Positions 32,417 to 44,443 of a stretch of DNA of 64,000 nucleotides are shown piece after piece. The DNA is from an uncultured Bacteroides sp. (GTDB taxonomy: Bacteria > Bacteroidota > Bacteroidia > Bacteroidales > GCA-2748055), in contig CAYVRK010000007.1 in NCBI GenBank assembly GCA_964453785.1, forward strand, positions 57,511 through 121,510, read 5' to 3'. Made by a program: the position numbers and the translations under genes. Within the stretch, counting starts at the first letter, position 1. Each line of letters opens with the position of its first letter. Under the pieces are notes generated by a model. It did not search any database. It saw only the letters and a list, made by a program, of their open reading frames with translations, and was not told where the DNA came from.

Positions 32417-34561
32417 ATGTCAAAACCAGAAGCAATAAAAGAGATCATCGATCTTGGTGATGGTCGGTCCATTAGCATAGAAACCGGTGTACTGGCAAAA
32501 CAAGCCGACGGCGCTGTGATGGTTCGCCTGGGCGATACCATGTTGCTGGCCACAGTGGTCAGTTCAAAAGAGGCCAAAGAGGATGTGGATTTCATGCCTC
32601 TTTCAGTAGATTATAAAGAAAAATATGCGGCCCTTGGGAAATTTCCGGGGGGATTCCTCAAAAGGGAAGCCAGGCCTTCAGATTATGAAATCCTTGTAGC
32701 CAGATTGGTTGACAGGGCCTTGCGTCCCCTCTTCCCTGATGATTATCATGCTGAGACTTTTGTGAATGTCACATTGATGTCAGCCGAAAGTGATACACCT
32801 CCCGATGCGCTTGCCGGACTGGCTGCCTCAGCTGCACTTGCTGTATCAGATGTACCTTTCCATGGCCCGATTGCAGAGGCCCGCGTGGCCCGCGTGGAAG
32901 GGAAAATGGTAATCAATCCCACCTTTTCCCAGCTGGAAAATGCCGACATTGAAATTATCGTGGGTGCAACCTATGACAACATCCTGATGGTTGAAGGCGA
33001 AATGAAGGAGGTCTCCGAAGCAGAGATGCTCGAAGCCATTAAATTCGCTCACGAGGCCATCAAACCCATGTGTAAAGCACAGCTTGCACTTTCGAAGAAG
33101 GTTGGTAAAGAGGTGAAACGCGAATATTGCCACGATGTCAATGATGAGGAACTCAGTAAAAGGGTCTGGAAAGAGACCTACGATGCTGCCTATAAAATTG
33201 CCAAATCGGGCAATGATGACAAGCATGCAAGAAGCGAAGCTTTCCATAAAATAAAGGAAGATTTGCTCGTAAAACTTTTGGAAGAGGCTGGAGAAGAAGG
33301 TGAAGTGAATGAGAATCTGGTAAGTAAATATTACCACGATGTGGAGAAAGAGGCAGTTCGGCGTGCAATCCTGGACGACGCAATCCGGCTTGATGGAAGA
33401 AAGACTGATCAGATCCGTCCCATTTGGAGTGAAGTGGATTACCTGCCTTCGGCACATGGTTCAGCAGTTTTCACCAGGGGTGAAACCCAATCCATTACCA
33501 CAGTTACACTGGGTACGAAGATGGATGCGAAACTTATCGACGATGTAATGAAGAAAGGGAATGATAAATTCCTTCTCCACTATAATTTCCCTGCTTTCTC
33601 AACCGGCGAAGCGCGTCCCAACAGGGGGACAAGCCGAAGGGAAGTCGGACATGGGAACCTGGCCCACAGGGCCCTGAAAGGAATTCTGCCCTCTGCTGAC
33701 GAGATGCCTTATACGCTCAGAATTGTTTCCGATATTCTGGAATCCAACGGTTCCTCTTCTATGGCTACAGTTTGTGCCGGGACACTTGCATTAATGGATG
33801 CCGGGGTACAGATTAAAAAGCCGGTTTCCGGTATTGCCATGGGACTGATCACCGACAAAGGTTCGTCCAAATTTGCAATCCTTTCCGATATACTTGGCGA
33901 TGAAGACCACCTGGGTGATATGGACTTCAAAGTAACCGGAACCCGTGACGGAATTACTGCCACGCAAATGGATATCAAAGTGGAAGGACTTTCCTATGAG
34001 ATTTTATCCCAGGCACTGGACCAGGCAAAAAAAGGCCGGCTCCATATCCTGGATAAGATGAGCGAGACCATTGCCAAACCTAATGCAGATTACAAACCTC
34101 ATACACCGCGAATCGAAAGAATCGAGATTCCCAAGGATATGATTGGCGCTGTCATAGGACCCGGAGGCAAAGTGATCCAGGAGATCCAGGCCCAAACCAA
34201 CAGCACAATCACCATTGAGGAGATTGACAGTGTGGGAATTGTTGATGTTTTTGCAGTTGATAAAGCGTCCATTGATGCCGCCATGAACTGGATCAAGGGA
34301 ATCGTTGCTGTACCTGAAGCAGGTACTGTATATAAAGGCAAAGTCAAAACCATCACTCCTTACGGAGCATTTGTTGAGATTCTTCCAGGCAAGGACGGAC
34401 TGCTGCACATCTCTGAAATTGAGCACAGAAGGCTCGAGAAAGTTGAAGAGGTTCTCACGGAAGGACAGGAAATCGAAGTGAAGCTTATCGCCGTGGACGA
34501 AAAGAGCGGCAAACTGAAGCTTTCCCGGAAAGCCCTTCTACCCAAACCGGAAAAGAACTAA
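32417..34561 (+). CDS. pnp: polyribonucleotide nucleotidyltransferase (PNPase)
   Basis: 714 aa with two RNase PH domains, KH ([15 protein letters not shown]) and S1 ([32 protein letters not shown]). Lies downstream of rpsO as in most bacteria. Confidence 0.97.
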   Translation: MSKPEAIKEIIDLGDGRSISIETGVLAKQADGAVMVRLGDTMLLATVVSSKEAKEDVDFMPLSVDYKEKYAALGKFPGGFLKREARPSDYEILVARLVDRALRPLFPDDYHAETFVNVTLMSAESDTPPDALAGLAASAALAVSDVPFHGPIAEARVARVEGKMVINPTFSQLENADIEIIVGATYDNILMVEGEMKEVSEAEMLEAIKFAHEAIKPMCKAQLALSKKVGKEVKREYCHDVNDEELSKRVWKETYDAAYKIAKSGNDDKHARSEAFHKIKEDLLVKLLEEAGEEGEVNENLVSKYYHDVEKEAVRRAILDDAIRLDGRKTDQIRPIWSEVDYLPSAHGSAVFTRGETQSITTVTLGTKMDAKLIDDVMKKGNDKFLLHYNFPAFSTGEARPNRGTSRREVGHGNLAHRALKGILPSADEMPYTLRIVSDILESNGSSSMATVCAGTLALMDAGVQIKKPVSGIAMGLITDKGSSKFAILSDILGDEDHLGDMDFKVTGTRDGITATQMDIKVEGLSYEILSQALDQAKKGRLHILDKMSETIAKPNADYKPHTPRIERIEIPKDMIGAVIGPGGKVIQEIQAQTNSTITIEEIDSVGIVDVFAVDKASIDAAMNWIKGIVAVPEAGTVYKGKVKTITPYGAFVEILPGKDGLLHISEIEHRRLEKVEEVLTEGQEIEVKLIAVDEKSGKLKLSRKALLPKPEKN

Positions 34562-34574
34562 AATTCACAATCAC

Positions 34575-34608
34575 AAAAAAACCCGTTCCATGCCGAGCGG
34601 GTTTTTTT
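34575..34608 (+). terminator. rho-independent terminator after pnp
   Basis: AAAAAAACCCG...CGGGTTTTTTT: a 5-6-bp GC stem, a 12-nt loop and a T7 run. Confidence 0.7.
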
Positions 34609-34700
34609 ATTTCAATTTAAAAATATGCTCCCGGGAATTGCACACTATTTTGAAACCATGTATTTTCAATCCCGGAATGATAAGAATTTACTCCTGAACT

Positions 34701-35336
34701 TTGAAATACAACTATCTGGTTATTGAAGGTAACATCGGAGCCGGGAAAACCACATTGGCCTCCATGCTGGCTCAGGAGACAGGAAGCAGGCTGATCCTGG
34801 AGCAATTCAGCGACAATCCGTTTCTGGCCAAGTTTTATGAAGATCCTGAGCGGTATGCATTTCAGCTGGAGTTGTCTTTCCTGTCGGAGCGGTACCAGCA
34901 GATCAAATCAGAACTTGGGCATCCCGACCTTTTCGGGCAGACCGTAATAAGCGACTATTTCCTTTCCAAATCCTTCATTTTCAGCAAATACAATTTAAAG
35001 GATGATGAAATGAAGCTCTTCGAAAAACTCTTTTCCATCATCAACCTCCAGGCACCCAGGCCTGATCTCTACGTCTATCTGCATGTCCCGGTGGAGAGGC
35101 TCCTGGATAACATCCGGATCAGGGGGCGTTCATACGAACAAAACATCAAGGCTGACTACCTGAAGGAGGTTCAGGATGGCTATTTTGGCTTCTTCAAATC
35201 ACAGACCGACCTGAAGATTGTTGTGATTGATGCAAGTAATCTGGAATTTGTTAATAATCGTTCAGATTATGAGCGTCTTAAGAAGCATATCTATGAGGGG
35301 GACTTCAGACAGGGGATGAATATGCTAATTTTATAA
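34701..35336 (+). CDS. deoxynucleoside kinase
   Basis: P-loop IEGNIGAGKTTL sits 8 residues from the start, and a dNK-family ERS-like segment (LSFLSERYQQ) is present. A TTG start is inferred because the upstream in-frame ATG is followed by a stop. Confidence 0.85.
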   Translation: MKYNYLVIEGNIGAGKTTLASMLAQETGSRLILEQFSDNPFLAKFYEDPERYAFQLELSFLSERYQQIKSELGHPDLFGQTVISDYFLSKSFIFSKYNLKDDEMKLFEKLFSIINLQAPRPDLYVYLHVPVERLLDNIRIRGRSYEQNIKADYLKEVQDGYFGFFKSQTDLKIVVIDASNLEFVNNRSDYERLKKHIYEGDFRQGMNMLIL

Positions 35337-35451
35337 CAAATGCTGACATTCGACATATAAATGTTTAATTTTGACAAAATATTGTTAAGTTTGTAATAGG
35401 AATAACTAAGCTCCGAAAACATTAAGTATTAAACAAATAACCAGAATTGAC

Positions 35452-37170
35452 ATGAAAAACCTTAAAACCTTAGCGATTTTCATACTTGTAGCAGCTGTTC
35501 TCAGCAGCTGTGGAGGAGTGAATAAAATGATTAAGGACTCTGATTTGGTAAGTTACAGCGTCGCACCTGAAGTATTGGAAATGCATGGGGGTGATGTGAA
35601 TGCAACCATCAGCGTCAAATACCCGGCAAAATATTTCAATAAAAAGGCCGTTGTAACGCTCACTCCCGTTCTCAAGTATGAAGGTGGTGAAAAAACACTT
35701 GATCCTCTCGTATTGCAGGGACAGGACGTTTCAGCAAACAACAAGCCCGTCAGTTTCGACAATGGGGGCTCAGCTACACATCCCGTTTCTTTTACCTACG
35801 AAGATCCCATGATGATGTCAGAACTGTCATTCAATATTTCAGCTGCAGTGAAAGACAAATCCACTGACATTGGAACGGTCAAGCTCGCAGATGGAATCAT
35901 TACAACCCCCTTGCTGGTTTCAAAAAAGGCCAAGTTGCTTTCCTTCAGTGACAATTATAAGCAGATTGTGCCCGAATCCTATGAAGCTGACATTAAGTAT
36001 GTGATCAACAGGGCTGATGTCCGCAGATCAGAAATGGGAAAAGAAGAGATCAGCAAATTGAATGCTACCCTGCAGGAAGCCAATGCAAACGATAGGCTTG
36101 ATTTGAAAGGAATTGAGATTTCAGCATATGCATCTCCCGATGGAGCACTGGATCTGAATACAAAACTGGCTGAACAACGAAAGAAAACTGCTGATAAATA
36201 CCTGGAAGGGCAGCTCAAGAAAGCCAAAATCCAGGTGGCTGATGAATTAATGAGCCTGCTTTCCACCCCCGAAGACTGGGAAGGATTCAAGAAATTACTT
36301 GAAGCTTCAAACATTCAGGATAAAGAGATGATCCTCAGGGTTCTGAGTATGCATTCTGATCCGGTTGTCCGCGAACAGGAGATCAGAAACCTTTCTGCAG
36401 CTTTTGAAGTATTAGCTGAACAGATTCTTCCCCAGCTCAGGAGGTCCAAATTCACTGTGAACATGGAGAAGATCGGATGGAGTGACCAGGAGCTGAAGGA
36501 ACTATGGACCAGCAATCCTGACACACTGGTTCTTGAAGAATTGCTCTATACAGCAACACTCTTTGATGACAACGAAACCAAACTGGCCATTTATTCCAAA
36601 GCTGCTCAAGTAGCCCCCAATTGCGTTCGTGCCCATAACAACAAAGGTGTCGCCCTCTTTGAGTTGGGAAAAGTTGATGAAGCTGCTGCTTCCTTCAAAA
36701 CCGCCAAAGGCCTGAAGGATCATGACAATATCAACAACAACCTGGGTGTCGTGGCATTGGCCAAAGGTGATATTGCTGGTGCTAAAGAAGCCTTTACTGC
36801 TTCACTGGGTGCCGGGGAAAAAGTCAACTATAACCTGGGAATTATCAATATCATTGAAGGAGACTATAAATCCGCTTTGAACTACTTCGGAAGTGCTCCT
36901 TCCTTCAACGCTGCACTTGCCATGTACCTGAACGGAGATTCAGAAGGAGCATGGAGAGTTGCTGCAAACCTTGATCAGGAGTCACCATACCGTTCATACC
37001 TGCTGGCAGTAATTGCTGCAAACCAGGACAAACCTGAGGTGGCAATAGAAAATCTGAAAAATGCAGTCGCAAATTGCAAGTCACCTCAGATGATGAAGGA
37101 CCACGCCAAGAAAGACCTTGAGTTCGCTAAACTGTTCGAAACAGCTGAATTCAAAGCCGTGGTTGAATAG
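35452..37170 (+). CDS. TPR-repeat lipoprotein, function unknown
   Basis: 572 aa with lipobox VLSSC. The C-terminal half has TPR-like repeats (AHNNKGVALFELGKVDEAAASFKTA, YNLGIINIIEGDYKSALNYF). Confidence 0.7.
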   Translation: MKNLKTLAIFILVAAVLSSCGGVNKMIKDSDLVSYSVAPEVLEMHGGDVNATISVKYPAKYFNKKAVVTLTPVLKYEGGEKTLDPLVLQGQDVSANNKPVSFDNGGSATHPVSFTYEDPMMMSELSFNISAAVKDKSTDIGTVKLADGIITTPLLVSKKAKLLSFSDNYKQIVPESYEADIKYVINRADVRRSEMGKEEISKLNATLQEANANDRLDLKGIEISAYASPDGALDLNTKLAEQRKKTADKYLEGQLKKAKIQVADELMSLLSTPEDWEGFKKLLEASNIQDKEMILRVLSMHSDPVVREQEIRNLSAAFEVLAEQILPQLRRSKFTVNMEKIGWSDQELKELWTSNPDTLVLEELLYTATLFDDNETKLAIYSKAAQVAPNCVRAHNNKGVALFELGKVDEAAASFKTAKGLKDHDNINNNLGVVALAKGDIAGAKEAFTASLGAGEKVNYNLGIINIIEGDYKSALNYFGSAPSFNAALAMYLNGDSEGAWRVAANLDQESPYRSYLLAVIAANQDKPEVAIENLKNAVANCKSPQMMKDHAKKDLEFAKLFETAEFKAVVE

Positions 37171-37197
37171 GTCAATAAGGTGTTTTATCATATGGAA

Positions 37198-37233
37198 GGA
37201 GGCTGTCTCAGAAGGGGTAGCCTCTTCTATTTT
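37198..37233 (+). terminator. terminator hairpin after TPR lipoprotein gene
   Basis: Stem GAGGCT (37199-37204) / AGCCTC (37219-37224) followed by a T-rich tract TTCTATTTT. Confidence 0.5.
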
Positions 37234-37265
37234 CTAAGGGATGCTTATTCGTAAGCATCCCTTAG
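37234..37265. terminator. strong hairpin (14-bp perfect stem, TTCG loop) between convergent genes
   Basis: CTAAGGGATGCTTA-TTCG-TAAGCATCCCTTAG read directly from the sequence. Lies between the stop at 37170 (+) and the stop at 37314 (-). Confidence 0.6.
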
Positions 37266-37313
37266 AATTGAATAAAAAGGGACTTTTGAGTCAGTCTCTT
37301 TTCTATACAAGAC

Positions 37314-37856
37314 TCACTTTTGGATTTTCATTGGAAACTGCCTGGATAGTTCCCAGATGACGATACCGGCTGCAACCGAGATATTCAGGGAGTGTTTTGT
37401 CCCGAACTGGGGAATCTCAATGGTCATGTCACTCATATCAACCACCTTCTGATCTACGCCTCGTATTTCATGCCCAAATACAAGAGCAATCTTCTCCTGC
37501 CCGGAGAGCCTGAGTTCATTCAAAGGGATTGCACCCTCGGTCTGTTCCACAGACAGGATCATGTAACCCTTTCGCTTCAGTTCACCGATGGCCATGGTAG
37601 TCTCCTCCCGGTATTCCCATGGTACAGATTCGGTCGCGCCAAGGGCAGTCTTATGAATCTCCCTGTGTGGAGGAGTGGCTGTAATTCCACAAAGAAAGAT
37701 GCCTTCCAGACGGAAGGCGTCTGCGGTCCGGAACACTGAACCAATGTTGTTCTGGCTTCTCACGTTGTCCAGCACAGCAACCACAGGTATCTTCCTGGAC
37801 TTCTTATACTCCTCCACACTGATTCGTTCAAGTTCATCATTCTGAAGCTTCCTCAT
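37314..37856 (-). CDS. TrmH/SpoU family RNA 2'-O-methyltransferase
   Basis: SPOUT motifs NIGSVFRTADAF, LVFGHEIRGV and LNISVAAGIVIWEL. Confidence 0.88.
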   Translation of the reverse strand: MRKLQNDELERISVEEYKKSRKIPVVAVLDNVRSQNNIGSVFRTADAFRLEGIFLCGITATPPHREIHKTALGATESVPWEYREETTMAIGELKRKGYMILSVEQTEGAIPLNELRLSGQEKIALVFGHEIRGVDQKVVDMSDMTIEIPQFGTKHSLNISVAAGIVIWELSRQFPMKIQK

Positions 37857-37927
37857 TTCTGCAACTTTTGCATGAATTTAAAGATTTTTCCTTTTTCCTT
37901 TTCCCTTTCTCCTGTCCGTTGTTTTAC

Positions 37928-37935
37928 TAAATTTG
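37928..37935 (+). promoter_or_regulatory. candidate -7 element (TAAATTTG) for sucC
   Basis: Matches TAnnTTTG, 56 nt upstream of the ATG at 37991. Confidence 0.35.
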
Positions 37936-37990
37936 TAAAATTACAACGGAATATTCAATCCCATTGAGTTAGAATAAATATCGTTTCAAT

Positions 37991-39181
37991 ATGAATATAC
38001 ATGAATTCCAGGGCAAGAAGATCCTGAAAGGCTTTGGTGTGGCAGTCCCCTTAGGTGCTGTAGCCTATACACCTGAAGAAGCCATTGAAGCAGCAAAGCG
38101 GATCAAGACTGAGACCGGAACAGAGACGTGGGCTGTAAAGGCTCAAATCCATGCAGGTGGCCGTGGTAAAGGAGGAGGTGTTAAAATAGCCAGATCCCTG
38201 GAGGAAGTGAAGTCCTATGCCCGGGAAATTCTCGGAATGAACCTGGTAACCCATCAGACGGGTCCCGAAGGCAAGATCGTCCACAAGATCCTCATTGAGC
38301 AAGGCATCTTTTACCCCGGTGAATCCAAACCCCAGGAGTTCTACATGAGTGTGCTCCTCAACAGGGAAACGGGAAGAAACATCATCATGTACTCCACCGA
38401 AGGAGGTATGGATATCGAAACGGTTGCTGAAAAGACCCCGCACCTGATATTCAAGGAAGAGATCGATCCCCGGGTGGGGATCATGCCTTACCAGGCCAGG
38501 CGAATTGCCTTTAATCTTGGTTTGTCGGGGCAGGCCTTCAAAGAGATGGTAAAATTCACAGAAGCCCTTTACAAGGCCTATGAAAAGTCAGATGCATCAC
38601 TGTTCGAGATCAACCCGGTGTTTAAAACATCCGATAACAAGATTATGGCAGCCGACGCCAAAGTAAACATTGATGACAATGCCCTTTACAGGCACCCTGA
38701 TTACGGTGTCATGCGTGACCTGAACGAGGAGGATCCCACAGAGGTTGAAGCCGGGAAATTCAATCTCAATTTCATTAAGCTTGAAGGGAATGTAGGTTGT
38801 ATGGTGAATGGTGCCGGTCTGGCCATGGCCACCATGGACATCATTAAGCTTTCAGGAGGTGAACCCGCCAACTTCCTCGATGTGGGGGGTACTGCCAATG
38901 CGCAAACCGTGGAAGCGGGATTCAGGATCATCCTCAAGGATCCCAGCGTAAAGGCCATTCTGATCAATATTTTTGGTGGAATTGTCAGGTGTGACCGGGT
39001 GGCACAGGGCGTGGTGGAGGCTTACAGGTCCATCGGTCAGATCAATATCCCGGTCATTGTCAGGCTCCAGGGAACCAACGCAGAAGAAGCAAAAGTGTTG
39101 ATTGACAATTCGGGGCTTGAGGTACATTCAGCCATTACCCTTGAGGAAGCAGCCGGAAAAGTGAAAGAGCTGGTTCGTTAA
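37991..39181 (+). CDS. sucC: ADP-forming succinate--CoA ligase subunit beta
   Basis: Begins [20 protein letters not shown]. Contains [16 protein letters not shown] and [18 protein letters not shown]. Confidence 0.95.
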   Translation: MNIHEFQGKKILKGFGVAVPLGAVAYTPEEAIEAAKRIKTETGTETWAVKAQIHAGGRGKGGGVKIARSLEEVKSYAREILGMNLVTHQTGPEGKIVHKILIEQGIFYPGESKPQEFYMSVLLNRETGRNIIMYSTEGGMDIETVAEKTPHLIFKEEIDPRVGIMPYQARRIAFNLGLSGQAFKEMVKFTEALYKAYEKSDASLFEINPVFKTSDNKIMAADAKVNIDDNALYRHPDYGVMRDLNEEDPTEVEAGKFNLNFIKLEGNVGCMVNGAGLAMATMDIIKLSGGEPANFLDVGGTANAQTVEAGFRIILKDPSVKAILINIFGGIVRCDRVAQGVVEAYRSIGQINIPVIVRLQGTNAEEAKVLIDNSGLEVHSAITLEEAAGKVKELVR

Positions 39182-40008
39182 AGCAGATTCCGGTTTTTCA
39201 ATGCAACCTCCATTTGTTTCTGGAGAATGGAAGCCTGATCCCGGGCTGCCCGCTCAAATTTATTGGTTCCGTCGGCATAGATAATTGACCTGCTGGCATT
39301 GACGAGTAACCCGCAGCGATCGTTCATCCCGTATTCAGCTACATCATAGAGGCTGCCGCCCTGGCTTCCCACTCCGGGTACAAGCAGAAAATGTTCAGGT
39401 ATCAGTGTTCTGATGTGCTGCAGTTCGGTGGCTTTGGTAGCTCCAACCACATACATGGTGTTGTTTACAGTTCCCCAGCCTGCCGAAGTAATAATCACCT
39501 GTTCATACAACTGGAGACCATTTTTTGTCTCAATCTGCTGAAAATCCGCGGAACCCTCATTGGAGGTAAGTGCAAGAAGCACGGCCCACCTGTCCTCTAC
39601 CTCCAGAAATGGAGCAATGCTGTCGTATCCCATATAAGGAGAGAGCGTGATGGCGTCGCAATCAAGGGTATTAAAATATGCCCTGGCATACAGGCGTGAC
39701 GTGTTCCCGATATCTCCCCGTTTTGCATCTGCAATCACGAATACATCCGGATAGGTCTGCCTGAGATATGAAATGGTCATTTCAAGGCTGATGTATCCGG
39801 CAGCTCCCATGCTTTCATAAAAGGCAAGATTGGGTTTGTAGGCCACTGCCAACTCTGCGGTGGCATCAATGATGTGTTTGTTGAACTCAAAAATGGGGTA
39901 CTCCAGATCCAGCAGCATCCTGGGGATTTTCTTATAATCAGTATCGAGACCCACGCAGAGGAAACTCTTTTTACGTTGTATATTCCTGAATAACTCTTCT
40001 GCGTTCAT
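39178..40008 (-). CDS. pyrF: orotidine-5'-phosphate decarboxylase (type 2)
   Basis: 276 aa; contains FLCVGLDTD and [12 protein letters not shown]. Its stop codon overlaps the sucC stop (TTAA at 39178-39181). Confidence 0.9.
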   Translation of the reverse strand: MNAEELFRNIQRKKSFLCVGLDTDYKKIPRMLLDLEYPIFEFNKHIIDATAELAVAYKPNLAFYESMGAAGYISLEMTISYLRQTYPDVFVIADAKRGDIGNTSRLYARAYFNTLDCDAITLSPYMGYDSIAPFLEVEDRWAVLLALTSNEGSADFQQIETKNGLQLYEQVIITSAGWGTVNNTMYVVGATKATELQHIRTLIPEHFLLVPGVGSQGGSLYDVAEYGMNDRCGLLVNASRSIIYADGTNKFERAARDQASILQKQMEVALKNRNLL

Positions 40009-40037
40009 GTTTTCCTTTTATTAAATGTCCTACCCGT

Positions 40038-41126
40038 TTACTCCATTCCGCTCTCCTTCAAGCGCTCTGCATTTTCTGCCATCTGGAGTTTTTCAATCAC
40101 CTCCTGCAGGTCTCCGTTGATGATGGCCTGGAGGTTGTACAGGGTCAGGTTGATCCTGTGGTCGGTAACCCTCCCCTGAGGATAATTGTAAGTCCGAATT
40201 TTGGCTGACCGGTCCCCCGAGGAGACCATGGTTTTCCGTTTGGAAGAGATTTCATCAATGCGTTTCTGATATTCCAGGTTATAGAGCCTTGACCGCAATT
40301 CCTTCATGGCTTTATCCAGGTTCTTCAACTGTGACTTTTCATCCTGGCAGGTAACTACAATCCCCGTGGGCATGTGGGTCAGTCGGATGGCCGAATAGGT
40401 GGTATTCACAGACTGGCCACCCGGTCCGGATGAACAGTATGTGTCTTTCCGGATATCCGACTGGTTTACCTGAACTTCGAAATCCTCGGCTTCCGGAAGA
40501 ACAGCCACCGTGGCAGCAGAAGTATGTACCCTTCCCTGTGTTTCTGTCTGGGGAACCCGCTGCACCCTGTGAACACCAGATTCGTATTTCATGATACCGT
40601 ACACACCCTCCCCTGTCACGTTCATGATGATTTCTTTAAATCCTCCTACAGTTCCTTCTGTAAAACTTGTAGTGGAGGCCTTCCATCCCTTTATTTCAAA
40701 ATACTTGGAATACATGCGGTAGAGGTCACCGGCAAATATGCTGGCCTCATCACCTCCTGTTCCTGCCCGGATCTCTACAATAGCCGATTTCTCATCCTCC
40801 GGATCTTTGGGCAAAAGGAGCAGCTTGATCTCCTCCTCAAGCGGGAGTAGCTGATGCTGGCAAAGATCCAATTCCTCCTTTGCCATTTCACGGAGTTCTT
40901 CATCCTTCTCTTCTGCCAGGATCTCCCTGGCGCTTTGAATGTTGCTTAGAAGGTTGCTGAAGGCATCATATGCCTCTACAAGTGGTTCCAGATGCTTGTA
41001 CTCCCTGTTTAGCTTCACATACTTTTTCATGTCAGAGATCACCGAAGGATCATTAATCAGCTGGCCCACTTCGTCGAACCTGGCTTTCACCCCCTCCAAC
41101 CGGCTTAATATCATATTCTCTCCCAT
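40038..41126 (-). CDS. prfA: peptide chain release factor 1
   Basis: GGQ motif ([11 protein letters not shown]) and tripeptide region [14 protein letters not shown]. The start is set at [12 protein letters not shown] (41126), which avoids overlap with purM. Confidence 0.93.
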   Translation of the reverse strand: MGENMILSRLEGVKARFDEVGQLINDPSVISDMKKYVKLNREYKHLEPLVEAYDAFSNLLSNIQSAREILAEEKDEELREMAKEELDLCQHQLLPLEEEIKLLLLPKDPEDEKSAIVEIRAGTGGDEASIFAGDLYRMYSKYFEIKGWKASTTSFTEGTVGGFKEIIMNVTGEGVYGIMKYESGVHRVQRVPQTETQGRVHTSAATVAVLPEAEDFEVQVNQSDIRKDTYCSSGPGGQSVNTTYSAIRLTHMPTGIVVTCQDEKSQLKNLDKAMKELRSRLYNLEYQKRIDEISSKRKTMVSSGDRSAKIRTYNYPQGRVTDHRINLTLYNLQAIINGDLQEVIEKLQMAENAERLKESGME

Positions 41127-41136
41127 CCCATGAATT

Positions 41137-42309
41137 TTAATCGCTGTATACAAACTCTCCGTATTCACTCCGGATGGTCAGTTTTTTATGATCCAGGGCT
41201 TCACACCTTCCTACCATCCTGGCCTCTATGTTATATTTCCCGGCAATGGCAATCATCTCTTCAGCCGCTTTCTCATCCGTGTAGATCTCGAAGCGATGCC
41301 CCATGTTAAACACCTGGTACATTTCTTTCCAGGGTGTTCCGGACTCCTGCCGGATCATTCCGAACAGAGGCGGTACGGGAAACAGATTATCCTTGATGAT
41401 GTGCACATGGCCTGCAAAATGCAATACCTTGGTCTGGGCTCCTCCCGAACAATGAATCATGCCGCTGATCCTGTCTCTCAGCTTTGCAACCACTTCACGG
41501 ATCACCGGTGCATATGTCCGGGTTGGCGAAAGTACCAGCTTCCCGGCATCCACCCCCACATCTTCTATCAACTCGGTAAGGGACCGGCTGCCGGAATAGA
41601 CAAGGGAACCGGGCAGCTCGGGATCATAGCTCTCTTTGTATTTTTCAGCCAAAAATCCACCAAAAACATCATGCCGGGCAGAAGTGAGCCCGTTGCTTCC
41701 CATGCCCCCGTTATAGGAGTCCTCATAGGAGGCCTGTCCGGAGGAAGAGAGGCCTACAATCACATTCCCGGGTTTGATGTTGTTCTCGATGATTTGGTCC
41801 CTTCTCATGCGGGCAACAACGGTTGAATCCACGATAATGGTCCTGACCAGGTCACCCACATCTGCAGTTTCACCGCCTGTGCTGTAGATGGGAACCCCCT
41901 GATTTCGCAACGCTTCAAGAATCTCTTCAGTACCATGAATGATAGCATAAATGACCTCACCCGGGATCTTGTTCTTATTTCTTCCAATGGTGGAAGAAAT
42001 AAGTATATCACCTGTCACACCCACACAAAGCAGATCATCCAGGTTCATCACAATGGCATCCTGGGCAATTCCCTTCCAGACTGAAAGATCACCTGTCTCT
42101 TTCCAGTACACATAGGCCAGTGAAGATTTGGTCCCGGCTCCATCCGCATGCATGACCAGGCAATAATCAGGATCACCTGTAAGTGTATCGGGGATTACCT
42201 TGCAAAAGGCGTTGGGGAATAACCCTTTATCCACATTCCTGATGGCATGATGCACATCCTCCTTTCCGGATGAAACACCTCGCTGCAAATAACGGGAAGA
42301 TGGACTCAT
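41137..42309 (-). CDS. purM: phosphoribosylformylglycinamidine cyclo-ligase (AIR synthase, long Bacteroidota form)
   Basis: 390 aa with AIR synthase N and C domains ([37 protein letters not shown]). Confidence 0.85.
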   Translation of the reverse strand: MSPSSRYLQRGVSSGKEDVHHAIRNVDKGLFPNAFCKVIPDTLTGDPDYCLVMHADGAGTKSSLAYVYWKETGDLSVWKGIAQDAIVMNLDDLLCVGVTGDILISSTIGRNKNKIPGEVIYAIIHGTEEILEALRNQGVPIYSTGGETADVGDLVRTIIVDSTVVARMRRDQIIENNIKPGNVIVGLSSSGQASYEDSYNGGMGSNGLTSARHDVFGGFLAEKYKESYDPELPGSLVYSGSRSLTELIEDVGVDAGKLVLSPTRTYAPVIREVVAKLRDRISGMIHCSGGAQTKVLHFAGHVHIIKDNLFPVPPLFGMIRQESGTPWKEMYQVFNMGHRFEIYTDEKAAEEMIAIAGKYNIEARMVGRCEALDHKKLTIRSEYGEFVYSD

Positions 42310-42314
42310 TCAAC

Positions 42315-44297
42315 CTAATTTTGCGGAATGTAATCAGTCGACAATACCTTGAACTCGGTCCGCCTGTTCACCTGGTGCGCTTTCTCCTGGAGATCCGGAC
42401 TTGGCAGCTGGTTAATGAATTCATCCGTAAGAACCTCATTCAGTTCAAGGAAATCAAGGGATGCTTTGATCTTCTCATCCACTACCTTGGGCTGAGATTC
42501 CCCATAACCCACAGCCACAAGCCGGTCTGCAGCGATCCCTTTGGATATCAGGTAATCCACCACAGACTGTGCCCTCTTCTGAGACAATTCCTGGTTGTCA
42601 GCCGGTGTACCCCTTGAGTCGGTATGGGACATCAGCTCGATGGTCACGTTGGGGTTATCATTCAAGGTCTCCACCAGGTTATCCAGTGAAACCATGGACT
42701 CTGGCCTGAGGTCCCACCTCGCAAAATCGTAGAAGATATTCGGAAGTTCAATGACCCGTCTGGTTGATGCAAGGTAGATGGTTACTTCGAACACCTTGCT
42801 TTGATCAAGACCCCGTGTGGACTCACGAACTTTTCCATTCAGGTAACCTGGCTGACTGGCAATGAATACATAATCCGTCCCGGGTTTCAACATAAACCTG
42901 AAGGAACCTTCATCACCCGTAGTGCTCTCCACGGTAATCCCGTCGCTTCCAACTGACCTGACAACAGATCCGGGCAGGATCTGGTCAGTACGCTCATCTT
43001 TTACTACACCGTTCACATCAAATTCAAGGGGTGGCAAAACAAAGGAGAATATCTCATCATTTCCATGCCCTTTCCTGGATGAACTAAAAAATCCCTTTTC
43101 CACTTTACCTTCAAAGACAATCCCGAAATCATCCTCAGGGGAGTTGATGGGCGGCCTCATGTTTTCCAGCTTCCAGGCTCCTGTTTCATCCTCAACGGCT
43201 TTATAGATATCCAATCCACCCAGTCCAACCCTGCTGTCGGATGAAAAATAGAGGGTCCCGTCAGCGTGTACATAAGGATATAGTTCATTTCCGGGTGTAT
43301 TAATCTCTTCACCCATGTTGACCGGATCACCCCAGCTGCCTCCGTCACTTGTCACCTTCCAGATATCATTCTCCCCAAGGCCCCCCGGCATATCGGATAC
43401 AAAATAGAGGATTTTCCCATCCGGGGAAATGGCAGGATGCGCTGTGGTAATGCTGTCTCCCAGAGCTTCAAACTCCATCACGGGCTCAGACCACTCACCA
43501 CCCGCTGCCGTTGTTTTGTAAATCTGGCAACCCAACTGCTGATTTTTGCCCTTCTTACAACGGGTAAAATAGAGTTCTGTAAAATCTGGCGATATACAGG
43601 GCGTCCCTTCCTCAAACTCAGTATTGAGACTTTCCACCGGAACAGGTACACTCCATTTCCCCTTGCGGTCCATGCTGGATGCAAATATATCCGCGAAATT
43701 CTGGCCGGTAGCCCCGTGGGTTTCATTGCCCATGGATTCTTCCCGTGTAGAGGTAAATAGCACCTCCGTATATGCTTCATTGATATAGGCGGGGCTGAAA
43801 TCCCGCTGCCTTGAGTTAAAAATCCTCATATTCTCAACAATGTAACCGGTTGGATTCTCATTCCAGACGATGGCTGCCTCGCATGATTCAATCCCAATAC
43901 CACCCCTGGGGTCATCCGGAACCAGTTCCACATACTTTTTAAACTCCTCCCCCGCCTCTTCATACTGCTCATTCTCCAGCAACATCTGCCCGTATCTCAG
44001 AAATATAATCGGATCCTGGTACTCTTCCCGTACCGCCTTCTTATACCACAATACAGCCGATCTGGCATCTCCTAGTATCCGGTAACACTCCCCGATCTTG
44101 AAAAAAATGGCTGTCTTCTGATCCTTGCTTACCTTGTTGTAGGCATCTTTATAGAGATCTATGGCTGAAAAATATTCACCCGCCTCAAATGCGGCCTGTG
44201 CTCTTGAATCCTTCTGCTTCTTCTGTGCATCAGCCGGGAGGGTAAATATAATGACAGCCACAAGGGCCAGAAAGATGAATCTGATATTGTTATGCAT
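42315..44297 (-). CDS. OmpA family protein with TPR, TolB-like beta-propeller repeats and CarboxypepD_reg-like domain
   Basis: 660 aa with an N-terminal signal and TPR. Repeated WSxP..xxxxN motifs, and a C-terminal OmpA domain (ELMSHTDSRGTPADNQELSQKRAQSVVDYL...NRRTEFKVL). Confidence 0.88.
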   Translation of the reverse strand: MHNNIRFIFLALVAVIIFTLPADAQKKQKDSRAQAAFEAGEYFSAIDLYKDAYNKVSKDQKTAIFFKIGECYRILGDARSAVLWYKKAVREEYQDPIIFLRYGQMLLENEQYEEAGEEFKKYVELVPDDPRGGIGIESCEAAIVWNENPTGYIVENMRIFNSRQRDFSPAYINEAYTEVLFTSTREESMGNETHGATGQNFADIFASSMDRKGKWSVPVPVESLNTEFEEGTPCISPDFTELYFTRCKKGKNQQLGCQIYKTTAAGGEWSEPVMEFEALGDSITTAHPAISPDGKILYFVSDMPGGLGENDIWKVTSDGGSWGDPVNMGEEINTPGNELYPYVHADGTLYFSSDSRVGLGGLDIYKAVEDETGAWKLENMRPPINSPEDDFGIVFEGKVEKGFFSSSRKGHGNDEIFSFVLPPLEFDVNGVVKDERTDQILPGSVVRSVGSDGITVESTTGDEGSFRFMLKPGTDYVFIASQPGYLNGKVRESTRGLDQSKVFEVTIYLASTRRVIELPNIFYDFARWDLRPESMVSLDNLVETLNDNPNVTIELMSHTDSRGTPADNQELSQKRAQSVVDYLISKGIAADRLVAVGYGESQPKVVDEKIKASLDFLELNEVLTDEFINQLPSPDLQEKAHQVNRRTEFKVLSTDYIPQN

Positions 44298-44389
44298 AGT
44301 CGTGCCCGTTTTTACAATTCGATAAAATTACCTTTTTTTTCGATGAATATGAAACGTAATTAAACGGCTCTTTATTTGCGTGCTGAATG

Positions 44390-44418
44390 AAAAAAAGCCC
44401 CCTGTTTTCGCAGAGGGC
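44390..44418 (-). terminator. rho-independent terminator after glutamine synthetase III gene
   Basis: On the minus strand, GCCCTCTG-CGAAAA-CAGGGGGC (one G-U pair) followed by T7. About 25 nt past the stop. Confidence 0.65.
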
Positions 44419-44443
44419 CTTGGATTATGGAATTTAGGCAGGG

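Noticed and set aside
37991-39181. sucC without an adjacent sucD, as a possible gene loss or rearrangement.
   Set aside because: sucC is intact and ends in a convergent overlap with pyrF. I believe unlinked sucC and sucD occur in other Bacteroidota, so this is probably normal. It needs the whole genome to assess.
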